Assembly (NCBI GenBank): GCA_020847275.1
Contig: JADLCI010000007.1
Coordinates: forward strand, 188,059 to 252,058
Reading direction: 5' to 3'
Source of the DNA: Candidatus Nomurabacteria bacterium
GTDB lineage: Bacteria > Patescibacteriota > Minisyncoccia > Phycocordibacterales > JACOZG01
Length of the DNA: 64,000 nt
Each line of letters begins with the position of its first letter. The first letter of the stretch is position 1. The notes below the pieces were generated by a model that saw only the letters and a program-made list of their open reading frames with translations, searched no databases and was not told the origin of the DNA. Positions 35,249-44,599 of the stretch are shown here, one piece after another. A program made the position numbers and the translations under genes.

Positions 35249-36970
35249 ATGGATTCGAAAGAAATCAGACAGAGGTTTCTGGAATTTTTCAAAGCGAGGG
35301 GGCATACGATTATGTCTTCCTCGTCGCTTGTGCCGGAAAACGATCCGTCGGTTCTCTTTACTACAGCGGGGATGCAGCAATTCAAACCCTATTACACGGG
35401 CGAGAAAAACGCGCAGGAGGACTTCAGTTCATCGAGCGCAACCTCAGTTCAAAAGTGCGTGCGAACCTCTGATATTGAAGAGGTGGGGGATGACACGCAT
35501 CTCACCTTCTTTGAAATGCTGGGCAACTTCTCTTTCGGGGGCTATTTCAAAGAAGAAGCAATAAAGTATGCATACGAGTTTATTACTCAAGGAGTGAAGT
35601 TGCCGATTTCTTATGTCACTGTTTTTGAGGGTAAGGGTTCTGTGCCTAAGGATGGTGAATCGAAGAAAATCTGGGAATCTCTCGGCGTAACGGATATTCG
35701 CGAACAAGGAATGGAAGATGTATTCTGGGGTCCAACCGGTGATTCTGGTCCCTGTGGCCCGACCACCGAAATTTATTGTAGGAATAAGGGTGGCGAAGAC
35801 GTGGAAATCTGGAACATTGTGTTCAATGAATATTTCTGTGATAGTAACAGAGAAAATCTTTTAGCAGACAAGGCGACCCTGACGGCCTTAGAGACAAAAG
35901 GTATTGATACCGGAATGGGTTTAGAGCGTTTGTTGACTACTGTTCAAGGAAAAACCAGTATTTTCGAAACAGATTTATTTTCTCCAATCATCACTAAAAT
36001 CGAAGAATTTTCCAATTCTGGCGACACGAAAGCGAAGAGGGTTGTGGCTGATCATATTAGAACCGCCGTTTTCATGATTGCTGATGGTGTTACTCCCTCC
36101 AACACAGATAGTGGATATATCTTGCGGAGACTGTTGCGGCGATCAGTGCGCTATGCCGACACCCTTAACTTTAAACCCAACTCATTGTTTCGATTGGTGG
36201 AGACAGTGATCGATAAATATGGTGATGTCTATGAAAATCTAAAAATAAATAAGGAGAAAATAAAACAAGAGGTTGAGAGAGAGGAGAATAAATTTCGTGA
36301 GACTCTGAAAAGAGGTTTGCAGGAATTTGAAAAAGGGGCAGACCCGTTCCTTCTCTTCACTTCTTATGGCTTCCCCCTTGAATTAATAAAAGAATTAGCG
36401 GTTGAAAAAGGCCTAAAGATTGATGAGGAAAAATTTGCAATCGAAATGGAGAAACACCAAGAAACTTCTCGTGCCGGAGCGGGGAAAAAGTTTAAGGGCG
36501 GCTTGGCTGATGCGGGTGACGAGAAGGTGGTGCAATATCACACCGCTACCCACTTATTGCATCAAGCACTTCATGATGTACTTGGAGACAATGTTGCCCA
36601 GAAGGGGAGTAACATTACAAGTGAGCGTTTGCGTTTCGACTTTGCTCACAGCCAAAAATTAACCGACCAAGAAAAACAAAAAATAGAAGAGATTGTGAAT
36701 CAGAAAATTGAGGAAAAGCTCCCGGTACAGACTATCGTTTTACCGAAAGTTGAGGCCGAGAAAGTTGGAGCGCGGATGTTCTTCGGTGATAAGTATGGCG
36801 ACCAGGTTAGTGTTTATTTCATCGGGGAAAGTTTGGAGCGGGCTTATTCCAAGGAGTTTTGCGGTGGGCCGCACGTGGGCAATACGCAAGATTTGAAAGG
36901 AGTATTCAAAATTGTGAAGGAAGAGGCGGTCGCTTCTGGCGTGAGGCGGATTAAGGCGGTGTTGGAATAG
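35249..36970 (+). CDS. alaS: alanine--tRNA ligase, short form (catalytic plus editing domains, no C-Ala domain)
   Basis: MDSKEIRQRFLEFFKARGHTI...FTTAGMQQFKP matches AlaRS motifs. Editing-domain HTATHLLHQALH and CGGPHV present. Track ORF starts at 35192, but the conserved AlaRS N-terminus suggests ATG 35249. Confidence 0.8.
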   Translation: MDSKEIRQRFLEFFKARGHTIMSSSSLVPENDPSVLFTTAGMQQFKPYYTGEKNAQEDFSSSSATSVQKCVRTSDIEEVGDDTHLTFFEMLGNFSFGGYFKEEAIKYAYEFITQGVKLPISYVTVFEGKGSVPKDGESKKIWESLGVTDIREQGMEDVFWGPTGDSGPCGPTTEIYCRNKGGEDVEIWNIVFNEYFCDSNRENLLADKATLTALETKGIDTGMGLERLLTTVQGKTSIFETDLFSPIITKIEEFSNSGDTKAKRVVADHIRTAVFMIADGVTPSNTDSGYILRRLLRRSVRYADTLNFKPNSLFRLVETVIDKYGDVYENLKINKEKIKQEVEREENKFRETLKRGLQEFEKGADPFLLFTSYGFPLELIKELAVEKGLKIDEEKFAIEMEKHQETSRAGAGKKFKGGLADAGDEKVVQYHTATHLLHQALHDVLGDNVAQKGSNITSERLRFDFAHSQKLTDQEKQKIEEIVNQKIEEKLPVQTIVLPKVEAEKVGARMFFGDKYGDQVSVYFIGESLERAYSKEFCGGPHVGNTQDLKGVFKIVKEEAVASGVRRIKAVLE

Positions 36971-37047
36971 GGTTGGGGGGTTATTGTGTTCGGCGGGCTT
37001 CTTGTGTTACTCTGGAGCTGATAGGGGTCCACCCACCCCAGTCACCC

Positions 37048-37090
37048 CCGCTTGCGAGAATGTCGTGTCTCGCAAGCGGATTTTATTGTT
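37048..37090 (+). terminator. rho-independent terminator after alaS
   Basis: 12-bp stem ccgcttgcgaga/tctcgcaagcgg, followed by a TTTTATTGTT run. Confidence 0.55.
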
Positions 37091-37098
37091 CCCAGTAC

Positions 37099-37126
37099 TT
37101 GACTAAAATGGGCTATTGTGTATAAT
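37099..37126 (+). promoter_or_regulatory. sigma70-like promoter
   Basis: TTGACT, 16-nt spacer, TATAAT. Lies upstream of the membrane protein gene. Confidence 0.45.
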
Positions 37127-37150
37127 TGTGAACGGAAATAGCTCGAGCCA

Positions 37151-38020
37151 TTGTGGCCCTTTGACAACATTTTTCTGAAAGGAGGTTCTTCAATGAACCA
37201 GCAAGAGGAAGGTTTGAAGATCCCGAACTGGTTGAGAAGTTTCATCGGAGCATTCTGTGGTGGCATTGTGGGTGGAGTGTTCATCTACACCTATGTCGGC
37301 AATGTGGCTTGGTCGCTCATCGGCTTCGCTGTGGGTTGCTTGACAGCCTACATCTTACCGCGACCGATCGTTTTCGGTCAGAAGATGAAGGAGGTCTGGA
37401 GGGGGGTGCGGTGGATTAGTCCCAGGAAACGACGAAGACTGGAGATGGTGGTACTTTATCCCACCCCTTTCATTTGGGGCTGCAGTGTCGTCCTGTGGTT
37501 GCCAGCCCTTCTCTTCTTGGGTGGCCAGGAGGATCTGGCGGAAGTATTGGGATTGATTGTGGGTTTATATTCGGCAACCGTCTGGTTTCTGTTGATTTTG
37601 TTGTCCTTTGTGAACCAACCGTCTTTTCCTGCTTATCGCGGCATGAAGAAGATGGCGAAGCGGTGCAACTTTTTCACCGCTCCGTTTTGGGCTCTTTGGC
37701 TATTGTGGCAGGTTCTGAAGGTGGCCGGTAAGGTCGTTGTGTCCCTTCCAGAATTAGCGGGAGCGATTATGCAGGGAATGTCCTACTGCGTTAAATTTCT
37801 CTACCGATTCACCTATCACACCTTCGTTCTCACGAGCGAGAATTGTCGATTGGTGGCCGTGTTCGGCGCCGCCCTGGGGATGCTTTACGGAGCCGTGTAT
37901 CAGACTAGCTCGCCCTTGATTATGGGGGTGATGGGCGGGATGGTTAGTCTTGCCATTAGTGGCATGACTTGGCTTGCTCTTCGGGTATTGCCACTGCCGG
38001 CGAGATCGGCTACAATCTAG
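37151..38020 (+). CDS. hypothetical integral membrane protein
   Basis: Multiple hydrophobic helices. Alternative start ATG 37193. No family recognised. Confidence 0.45.
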   Translation: MWPFDNIFLKGGSSMNQQEEGLKIPNWLRSFIGAFCGGIVGGVFIYTYVGNVAWSLIGFAVGCLTAYILPRPIVFGQKMKEVWRGVRWISPRKRRRLEMVVLYPTPFIWGCSVVLWLPALLFLGGQEDLAEVLGLIVGLYSATVWFLLILLSFVNQPSFPAYRGMKKMAKRCNFFTAPFWALWLLWQVLKVAGKVVVSLPELAGAIMQGMSYCVKFLYRFTYHTFVLTSENCRLVAVFGAALGMLYGAVYQTSSPLIMGVMGGMVSLAISGMTWLALRVLPLPARSATI

Positions 38021-38055
38021 GGTAGATTTGGTCCTTTCATTTGCTCCTCCAACTC

Positions 38056-38110
38056 GGCCGTCCACGTTTTACAATTTCTATCTAGAAGTTGGCGTGGACG
38101 GCCTTTTTTT
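38056..38110 (+). terminator. rho-independent terminator
   Basis: Stem ggccgtccacg/cgtggacggcc followed by a T7 run. An extended -10 element (TGtTATAAT, 38112-38120) follows immediately. Confidence 0.55.
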
Positions 38111-38126
38111 ATGTTATAATTTCGGA

Positions 38127-39155
38127 ATGTCGGTTCGGGCCATCGTGTATGTTGGTAGCTCAAGCGTTAGTGGGGGATTGATTAGTGAGAAAAAATTAGT
38201 TTTTCAAACAGAAAAGGAGTGCCGAGTGCCAGAAAAACTGGAAGGTAAAATATTTTTGGATGACGTTGGAGAAACACTGAAGCGGGTAATGGCGGATTTG
38301 CTTGGTGCGAAAATGGGATCGCCAGAGAAAGTGCTTATTTTCCTTGCATCGCCATTTATTGTCGGAAGCCTGAACATCATTCGTCACACCGCGGAGAAAC
38401 CGTTTTCCGTTACCGAGAAACTGGTGGGCGAATTATTGATGAAAGAAACGGAGAAGATAAAAAACGACCCCAAACAATCTCTGATCGATTCGAAGATTAT
38501 GCGTTTCCGTCTTAACGGATATACGGTTAATGAACCACACGGTCAGGTCGTCTCCAATCTGGAAATCGCGCATTATCTGAGTGTGGCCTCTAGAGAGGTG
38601 ACGGAGAAATTTGGCGGGATTATCCGCTCGGCTTGTCATCATGATCAGGTGGAATGGCATTCTTCAAGTTTTGCAATTTTCACTAGCCTGCGAGATAAAC
38701 GGCCGACAGAACAGAGCTTTGTCCTGGTTGATATTGGTGGGGAATTAACGGAACTAACTCTCGTGTGGCGGGGGATTATCCGCGAGACGATGTCCTACCC
38801 TATTGGTTCACACGCCTTGGTGCGCGAAGCAATGGTAAGTGGTGAGCAAGCGTCGGTCGTTGCAAGAGCAAAGTTGGAATCAGAAGGAGAGGACAAAAAA
38901 GGACGAGACTACAAATCGGAAACGGAATGGGCGGAGTCTTTCGTTGCTGGATTAGAGAAAGTACTTCAACATCGTTTCTGGTCTGGTGAGATCGTTTTAC
39001 TGGTTGAGGAGGGTTCGCTGGGTTCCAGATTTGCCAAAATTTTACGACAAGCTGATTTGGGGAAAACTATTTTCAGTGCCAAGTTGCCAGTAATCAATCT
39101 TCTTGAACCAAAGACGCTTTCTCTTTTAACAGATTTTTGTGTTAAAATAAAATAA
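38127..39155 (+). CDS. actin-like ATPase, PilM/FtsA-like (tentative)
   Basis: MSVRAIVYVGSSSVSGGL and FVLVDIGGELTELTLV resemble the phosphate-1 and phosphate-2 motifs of PilM/FtsA. The track ORF 37974.. over-extends upstream. Confidence 0.4.
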   Translation: MSVRAIVYVGSSSVSGGLISEKKLVFQTEKECRVPEKLEGKIFLDDVGETLKRVMADLLGAKMGSPEKVLIFLASPFIVGSLNIIRHTAEKPFSVTEKLVGELLMKETEKIKNDPKQSLIDSKIMRFRLNGYTVNEPHGQVVSNLEIAHYLSVASREVTEKFGGIIRSACHHDQVEWHSSSFAIFTSLRDKRPTEQSFVLVDIGGELTELTLVWRGIIRETMSYPIGSHALVREAMVSGEQASVVARAKLESEGEDKKGRDYKSETEWAESFVAGLEKVLQHRFWSGEIVLLVEEGSLGSRFAKILRQADLGKTIFSAKLPVINLLEPKTLSLLTDFCVKIK

Positions 39156-40411
39156 TGAAAATGGATGAGATTAAAGTACGGCGAAGCTTGCGTGAAGTTT
39201 TGCCACCAAAACGTGCTCAGTCTGTACCGCCGCCTCCGAAACCGCAATATGTCCGTACGTCACGGGCACCGCGTCGATTCCGGCTGGGTTGGTTTGTCGG
39301 GGCGGTATTTGTACTTGTGTTTGTAATTTTTTTCGGCACGCTGGCACTTGCGCGAGTTACGGTAGAGATTACGCCGACCCTCATCAATCTACCACTATCC
39401 GACACACTCACGATTTCCCGTGATGGCAAGGGGCTCGCTTTCGATGTCGTGACTTTGCCCACGCAAACAGCCAGTAAGGTCGTGAAAGTTTCCGGGACAG
39501 AGAAGGTCAGTCGTTCGGCAAGCGGTCAGATTGTCATTTATAATAATTATAGTTCAGCGGCCCAAAAGCTAATTGCGAATACTCGCTTTCAGACTGAAAA
39601 TGGTAAGGTTTATCGGATTCGTGACGCCATTACTGTTCCGGGGACAAAAATAGTTAATGGCAAGGTGACGCCCGGTTCAGTGGAGACAACTGTCTATGCC
39701 GATGCACCCGGGGCAGACTACAATGGCGAGGCAACGGATTTCACTATCCCTGGATTTAAGGGCGATCCTCGGTTTGATAAGTTTTTTGCTCGATCCAAGA
39801 CAGCATTGACGGGTGGTTTCATCGGTGAGGCTCCAAACTTGTCTGAGGAAGAAGAGTCTCGAACAAGGGCCCAGCTTCGGGCTGATATTACTCGTGACTT
39901 ACTTAATGAAGCGCGGACTAAGATTCCCGAGACATTCATTCTTCTGGATTCCCTGGCCCTCGTTGACGTGAAGGATGTATCAGATCTTGGTTTTAGTGAC
40001 AACGGTTCAGCTGTCACTCTCAAAGAAAGTGCAACACTTACTGCCATAATATTGCCTCGAGCCGGCTTACTTGAAAAATTGGTCGGCGCCAGAGTCCCTG
40101 GATTCACGCCGGGTGATTTAGAAATTAATAATATGGCGGATTTACGAATTGCCTTCAACAACACGCCGACCAATAGTTTAATGGAAGTTAAGGAAGAGAC
40201 ACTGCAAGTTTCCGGTTCGGTTGTCCTTACTCCGATTATCAATCAGATTGATCTGGCCAGTAAATTAGCGGGGGTGAAGAAAAGTGAGATCGATGAGGTT
40301 GTCTCGCAGGTTAGGGGATTAGAAAAAATTAAGGTAACTTATCGACCCCCCTGGCTTCGGGGAATTCCCTCCGACCCGACCCGAATTACTTTTAAATTCC
40401 CTGTGTCTTGA
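39155..40411 (+). CDS. hypothetical membrane-anchored protein
   Basis: Basic, Pro-rich N-terminus, a single TM helix (WFVGAVFVLVFVIFFGTLAL), then a large extracytoplasmic domain. Start overlaps the upstream stop. Confidence 0.45.
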   Translation: MKMDEIKVRRSLREVLPPKRAQSVPPPPKPQYVRTSRAPRRFRLGWFVGAVFVLVFVIFFGTLALARVTVEITPTLINLPLSDTLTISRDGKGLAFDVVTLPTQTASKVVKVSGTEKVSRSASGQIVIYNNYSSAAQKLIANTRFQTENGKVYRIRDAITVPGTKIVNGKVTPGSVETTVYADAPGADYNGEATDFTIPGFKGDPRFDKFFARSKTALTGGFIGEAPNLSEEEESRTRAQLRADITRDLLNEARTKIPETFILLDSLALVDVKDVSDLGFSDNGSAVTLKESATLTAIILPRAGLLEKLVGARVPGFTPGDLEINNMADLRIAFNNTPTNSLMEVKEETLQVSGSVVLTPIINQIDLASKLAGVKKSEIDEVVSQVRGLEKIKVTYRPPWLRGIPSDPTRITFKFPVS

Positions 40412-40456
40412 CTGTAATGATGATTATCTGCTACACTGGCGTGGTTAACTTTAAAC

Positions 40457-40672
40457 ATGGAAATTGACGGTAAAGACGTGGTTTCCGGTGTCGTGGTGAA
40501 AGCCTTGCCCAACACCTTGTTTGAAGTGTTATTGGAGTCGTCGGAAAAGGCGATTTTGGCCTATCTTTCGGGCAAAATGCGGATTCATCGAATTCGTGTT
40601 CTGGTCGGAGATAAGGTAGAAGTCTTGCTTGATCCCTACGGCGGCAAAGGTAGAATTATTAGACGACTATGA
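40457..40672 (+). CDS. infA: translation initiation factor IF-1
   Basis: S1-like fold. [23 protein letters not shown] is the IF-1 signature. Confidence 0.9.
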   Translation: MEIDGKDVVSGVVVKALPNTLFEVLLESSEKAILAYLSGKMRIHRIRVLVGDKVEVLLDPYGGKGRIIRRL

Positions 40673-40782
40673 AAGTTCGAGCATCAATCAAAAAGCGTTG
40701 TGCTGACTGTAAGATGGTCCGTCGGAGTGGCCATCTCTATGTTCTGTGTCGGACTAAACCAAGCCATAAACAAAAACAGTAA
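40669..40782 (+). CDS. rpmJ: 50S ribosomal protein L36
   Basis: [37 protein letters not shown] (37 aa). Below the ORF-track size cutoff. Overlaps the infA stop (ATGA). Confidence 0.85.
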   Translation: MKVRASIKKRCADCKMVRRSGHLYVLCRTKPSHKQKQ

Positions 40783-40785
40783 TTT

Positions 40786-41166
40786 ATGCGTATTGCCGGT
40801 ATCACCATCCCTGATGATAAGCGTTTAGAAGTGGCCCTAACCACGATTTATGGCATTGGCCGAAGTCGTGCTCGTTCGATTCTAGACGATGCTAAAATTG
40901 ACCACAACGAACGCACCAAGAAACTTACGTCTGAACAGGAGAACACCATCCGCCACATTATTGAGGGATATAAAACCGAGGGAGTGCTCAAGCGCGAAGT
41001 CTCCTCAAATATTAAACGCTTGATTGATGTGAAAAGTTACCGTGGCACTCGTCACGCGAAGAAACTACCATCTCGTGGGCAGCGAACTAAGACAAATTCA
41101 CGAACTCGTCGTGGTAATGTCCGCAAGACTATGGGTTCTGGTCGTAAAAAGGTAGAGAAGAAATAA
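40786..41166 (+). CDS. rpsM: 30S ribosomal protein S13
   Basis: MRIAGITIPDDKRLEVALTTIYGIGRSRA. Confidence 0.9.
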   Translation: MRIAGITIPDDKRLEVALTTIYGIGRSRARSILDDAKIDHNERTKKLTSEQENTIRHIIEGYKTEGVLKREVSSNIKRLIDVKSYRGTRHAKKLPSRGQRTKTNSRTRRGNVRKTMGSGRKKVEKK

Positions 41167-41168
41167 TT

Positions 41169-41597
41169 ATGGGTAAAAAAAGAATCACAACCGAATCGGG
41201 TAGTGGTAACGCTGTTGTCGCCAAGACGGTGGTATCCTCAAGCAAAAAGAAATTAGCTAGTGGCGTTTTCCATATCGAGGCAACTTACAACAATACGAAA
41301 ATTCTTCTCACCGATCTCTCTGGGAATGCCTATCTGTGGTCTTCCTCTGGCTCACTCGGTTTTCGGGGGGCCAAAAAAGGAACACCGTTTGCTGCTGGCC
41401 GTGTCGCAGAACTACTAGCCGACCGGTCTCAGGCGCTTGGCTTGAAGGAAATTGACGTTATTCTAAAGGGTGTGGGGGCGGGGCGTGAGGCGGCAATCCG
41501 TGCCTTTTCCGGTAAGGGATTGGTGATTAACAATATTAAGGACGTAACCCCGGTGCCTTTCAATGGACCGAAACCTAAGAAACCACGTCGCGTTTAA
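41169..41597 (+). CDS. rpsK: 30S ribosomal protein S11
   Basis: SGVFHIEATYNNTKILLTDLSGNA...GFRGAKKGTPFAA. Confidence 0.9.
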   Translation: MGKKRITTESGSGNAVVAKTVVSSSKKKLASGVFHIEATYNNTKILLTDLSGNAYLWSSSGSLGFRGAKKGTPFAAGRVAELLADRSQALGLKEIDVILKGVGAGREAAIRAFSGKGLVINNIKDVTPVPFNGPKPKKPRRV

Positions 41598-41612
41598 TTT
41601 TTTAAAATAATT

Positions 41613-42260
41613 ATGATTATCGGACCAAAATTTAAAATTGCTCGTCGACTCGGTAGTCGGGTTTTCCCAAAAACGCAGACTTCTAAGTTTAGTTTATCTT
41701 CGGAAATGGGGCGTGGTGGTAAGAAGCCGGGTGGGCGTAGACCAAAGGCCTTGTCTGAATACGGCAAGCAATTACTAGAAAAACAAAAAGCTCGCTATAC
41801 CTATCTTTTGAAAGAAAGTCAGTTTGGTAGCTATGTAAAGAAAGTTCGTGACCATCATCAGGTTGGCGAGAATCCAAACGTTGTACTCTATCAAACCCTG
41901 GAGTCACGTCTTGATAATGTCGTTTTCCGTCTTGGTTTAGCACCTTCGCGTGCCGCTGCCCGTCAAATGGTCACCCACGGACACATTGTCGTGAATAATC
42001 GAAGGCTTAATATTCCTTCACACCAGATGAAGATAAACGACCGAGTTGCCGTGCGGATGGAAAGTCGTTCCGGAGGCGTCGGTAGAATGGTCACCGTTGA
42101 AGGGGGTGGGGGCGAGGAAAAAGTAACCCGCAGTGTTCCGACCTGGCTTGCCTATGATGAGGTGGGCAAGGAGGGAAAAGTTTTGGGTCGGCCACTTGTT
42201 GGGGAAACGGAAGGGGAAATCAATTTTGGAGCGATTATGGAGTTTTACAGTCGAGTTTAG
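41613..42260 (+). CDS. rpsD: 30S ribosomal protein S4
   Basis: MIIGPKFKIARRLG... plus an S4 RNA-binding domain. Confidence 0.9.
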   Translation: MIIGPKFKIARRLGSRVFPKTQTSKFSLSSEMGRGGKKPGGRRPKALSEYGKQLLEKQKARYTYLLKESQFGSYVKKVRDHHQVGENPNVVLYQTLESRLDNVVFRLGLAPSRAAARQMVTHGHIVVNNRRLNIPSHQMKINDRVAVRMESRSGGVGRMVTVEGGGGEEKVTRSVPTWLAYDEVGKEGKVLGRPLVGETEGEINFGAIMEFYSRV

Positions 42261-42300
42261 GCTTTAATAATAAAAGTTAAATAATTTTAAAAAATATTTT

Positions 42301-43263
42301 ATGATTGACTCAAATATCATCCTGCCATCTAAGCCTAAGATTATCAGCGAGGACAATGTTCGTGGTTCTTATGAGATTGAGGGCCTCTACCCTGGATATG
42401 GTCACACTCTCGGCAATTCGTTGCGTCGAATTATTCTCTCCTCACTCATTGGTGCGACGGTTACCTCGGTGAAGATTTCCGGTGCTGATCACGAATTCAG
42501 TACTTTGTCGGGCGTGAAAGAGGATGTGATTCGTATCATTTTGGCAATTAAGAAATTGCGTTTCCGAATGGAAAGTGATGGCCCTGAGCGCGTGCAATTA
42601 ACGGCGAAAGGACTGGGGGAGGCCACAGCAAAAGATATCAAGGGCGGGAGTCAGGTTGAGGTCTTGAACAAAGATTTACTCATCGCTACTCTTACCGACA
42701 AGAAGGCGACGTTGGATATCGAAATGGTGGTTGAGAAGGGTCTTGGTTATGTAAGTAAGACGGCGATTCGTAAAGATCACAATGAAATTGGGACGATCTT
42801 TCTTGATGCGGTTTTTACGCCAATTAAACAGGTTAGTTATGAGGTAGAAAACATGCGCGTAGGAGACCAAACTAATTACAACCGCCTGCGTTTAAATATT
42901 GAAACTGACGGCACAATAACACCCCATGAAGCACTGGAGAAATCGATTGCGACGATGATCACTCAACTAAGGGCTATTGTTGGTTTCAAGGAAACCGAAA
43001 TAGAGACTGTAGACGAAGTCGTATCACCAATACAGAAGGAGAAGACGACAGAAGCATCTCAGGATGTTTTGAAGACGCGGATGGAAGATCTCAATCTACC
43101 TGCACGGACACTTAAGGCGCTGGATAATGCTGGAATCCGCACACTCGGCGGCCTCACTAAGAAAAAGGAGGAAGACTTGAAAGATTTGGAAGGGCTGGGT
43201 GAGAAGAGTATTCAAGAAATCAAGTCATTGTTGATAGAATATGGTTTAACCCTCAAGAAATAA
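42301..43263 (+). CDS. rpoA: DNA-directed RNA polymerase alpha subunit
   Basis: PGYGHTLGNSLRRILLSSL. C-terminal domain (LPARTLKALDNAGIRTLGGL). Confidence 0.9.
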   Translation: MIDSNIILPSKPKIISEDNVRGSYEIEGLYPGYGHTLGNSLRRIILSSLIGATVTSVKISGADHEFSTLSGVKEDVIRIILAIKKLRFRMESDGPERVQLTAKGLGEATAKDIKGGSQVEVLNKDLLIATLTDKKATLDIEMVVEKGLGYVSKTAIRKDHNEIGTIFLDAVFTPIKQVSYEVENMRVGDQTNYNRLRLNIETDGTITPHEALEKSIATMITQLRAIVGFKETEIETVDEVVSPIQKEKTTEASQDVLKTRMEDLNLPARTLKALDNAGIRTLGGLTKKKEEDLKDLEGLGEKSIQEIKSLLIEYGLTLKK

Positions 43264-43264
43264 A

Positions 43265-43615
43265 ATGCGACACGGTAATCACAATCGAAAGTTTGGTCGT
43301 CCTAAAAATCAACGCTTAGCTCTTATGCGTTCACTTGCCGAGAGTCTGATTTTGCGTGGCCGAATTAAGACGAGCGAAGCCAAGGCCAAAGAGCTGCGTC
43401 CGTTTGTGGAGAAATTAATAACTCGTGCTCGGGTGAAGACTTTGGCTAACCACCGCCTACTTGTTTCTCGTTTGGGTACGGCGGCCAGAGCCAAGCGGTT
43501 AATTGAGGTGGTGGCACCAAAGTATTTAGACCGGGCTGGCGGTTATACAAGGATTGTAAAATTACCAAAACGTGAAAGTGATTCTAGTCGCCAAGCTTTA
43601 ATTGAGTTAGTCTAA
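43265..43615 (+). CDS. rplQ: 50S ribosomal protein L17
   Basis: MRHGNHNRKFGRPKNQRLALMRSLA. Confidence 0.9.
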   Translation: MRHGNHNRKFGRPKNQRLALMRSLAESLILRGRIKTSEAKAKELRPFVEKLITRARVKTLANHRLLVSRLGTAARAKRLIEVVAPKYLDRAGGYTRIVKLPKRESDSSRQALIELV

Positions 43616-43619
43616 ATTT

Positions 43620-43976
43620 ATGCCTAATGTAATTTATAAAATTGATGCAACAGGAAGGGCAATGGGCCGAGTTGCTAGTGAGGCGGCACTGGCTTTGCGT
43701 GGGAAAACTCTTGCTAATTATCAGCGTCATCTCGCACCGAAGCTCGAGGTGCACGTTGATAATGTTGGCAAGATGAACGTTAGTATTTTGAAGCGTGAGA
43801 CCAAAACATACTCACGCTACACCGGATATCCTGGCGGGTTGCGCCAACCGTCACTCGCTAAAGTCATTGAGAAGCATGGTGGGCTGTCTGAGCCGCTCCG
43901 CTTGGCTGTAAAAGGAATGTTACCGCGTAACAAACTTCGTGCTGTCCTATTGAAACAGCTTCATATTACCGAATAA
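43620..43976 (+). CDS. rplM: 50S ribosomal protein L13
   Basis: DATGRAMGRVASEAALALRGK matches the L13 N-terminal signature. Confidence 0.85.
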   Translation: MPNVIYKIDATGRAMGRVASEAALALRGKTLANYQRHLAPKLEVHVDNVGKMNVSILKRETKTYSRYTGYPGGLRQPSLAKVIEKHGGLSEPLRLAVKGMLPRNKLRAVLLKQLHITE

Positions 43977-43978
43977 TT

Positions 43979-44395
43979 ATGACCACTAAAACAACAAAAA
44001 CTCACGCACAATACTACGAAGGATTGGGCCGAAGGAAGGAGGCCATAGCCCGTGTTCGTTTGCTCGATGATGGGAAGAATCATTTTGTCGTTAACGGCAA
44101 GGTATTAGAAAAATATTTTCCTACAGAGGAAATGTGCCTAATCGCTAAGAGTGTTTTGACGGATCTCTCGATTACCAGCAAACTCTCCGTCAGCGCCAAA
44201 CTTTTAGGTGGTGGGATTCACTCGCAAGCTGAAGCGCTTGCCCATGGTGTCGCACGGGCACTACTCAAATTTGCTCCAGAGAGGAAGGCTGATTTACGAA
44301 AAGGAAAACACTTGACACGAGATGCTAGAATGAAAGAGCGTCGTAAGTTCGGTCTGAAGAAAGCGCGCAAGTCGCCGCAGTGGTCGAAACGCTAG
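43979..44395 (+). CDS. rpsI: 30S ribosomal protein S9
   Basis: GLGRRKEAIARVRL...GGGIHSQAEALAHGVARAL...ARKSPQWSKR. Confidence 0.9.
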   Translation: MTTKTTKTHAQYYEGLGRRKEAIARVRLLDDGKNHFVVNGKVLEKYFPTEEMCLIAKSVLTDLSITSKLSVSAKLLGGGIHSQAEALAHGVARALLKFAPERKADLRKGKHLTRDARMKERRKFGLKKARKSPQWSKR

Positions 44396-44426
44396 GTTTG
44401 TTTTTAGAAGTTTAATTTTATAGAAC

Positions 44427-44597
44427 ATGACACACTATGTTTGTCTTCAATGTGAGAAGGTGGGGGAGATGCCCGGTGTTTGTCAGACACCGGACTGTCC
44501 CGCTAAAGGTGATATTCTAGAGGAGTGTTCCTGTGATGACGAGCGCCACACCCAACTGAAGTTGAAAGCAAAAGAGATAGAGAATGACTTTAGTTAA
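44427..44597 (+). CDS. small Cys-rich (zinc-ribbon-like) hypothetical protein, 56 aa; not in the ORF track
   Basis: ATG 44427 through TAA 44595-44597. Translation MTHYVCLQCEKVGEMPGVCQTPDCPAKGDILEECSCDDERHTQLKLKAKEIENDFS contains CxxC-x9-CxxxxC and CxC. Ends 2 nt before the grpE start. Confidence 0.3.
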   Translation: MTHYVCLQCEKVGEMPGVCQTPDCPAKGDILEECSCDDERHTQLKLKAKEIENDFS

Positions 44598-44599
44598 AG

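Noticed and set aside
37474-38065. ORFs 37474..37731(+) and 37754..38065(-) inside or antisense to the membrane protein gene
   Set aside because: They overlap the 37151..38020 multi-TM ORF, and their translations are low-complexity.
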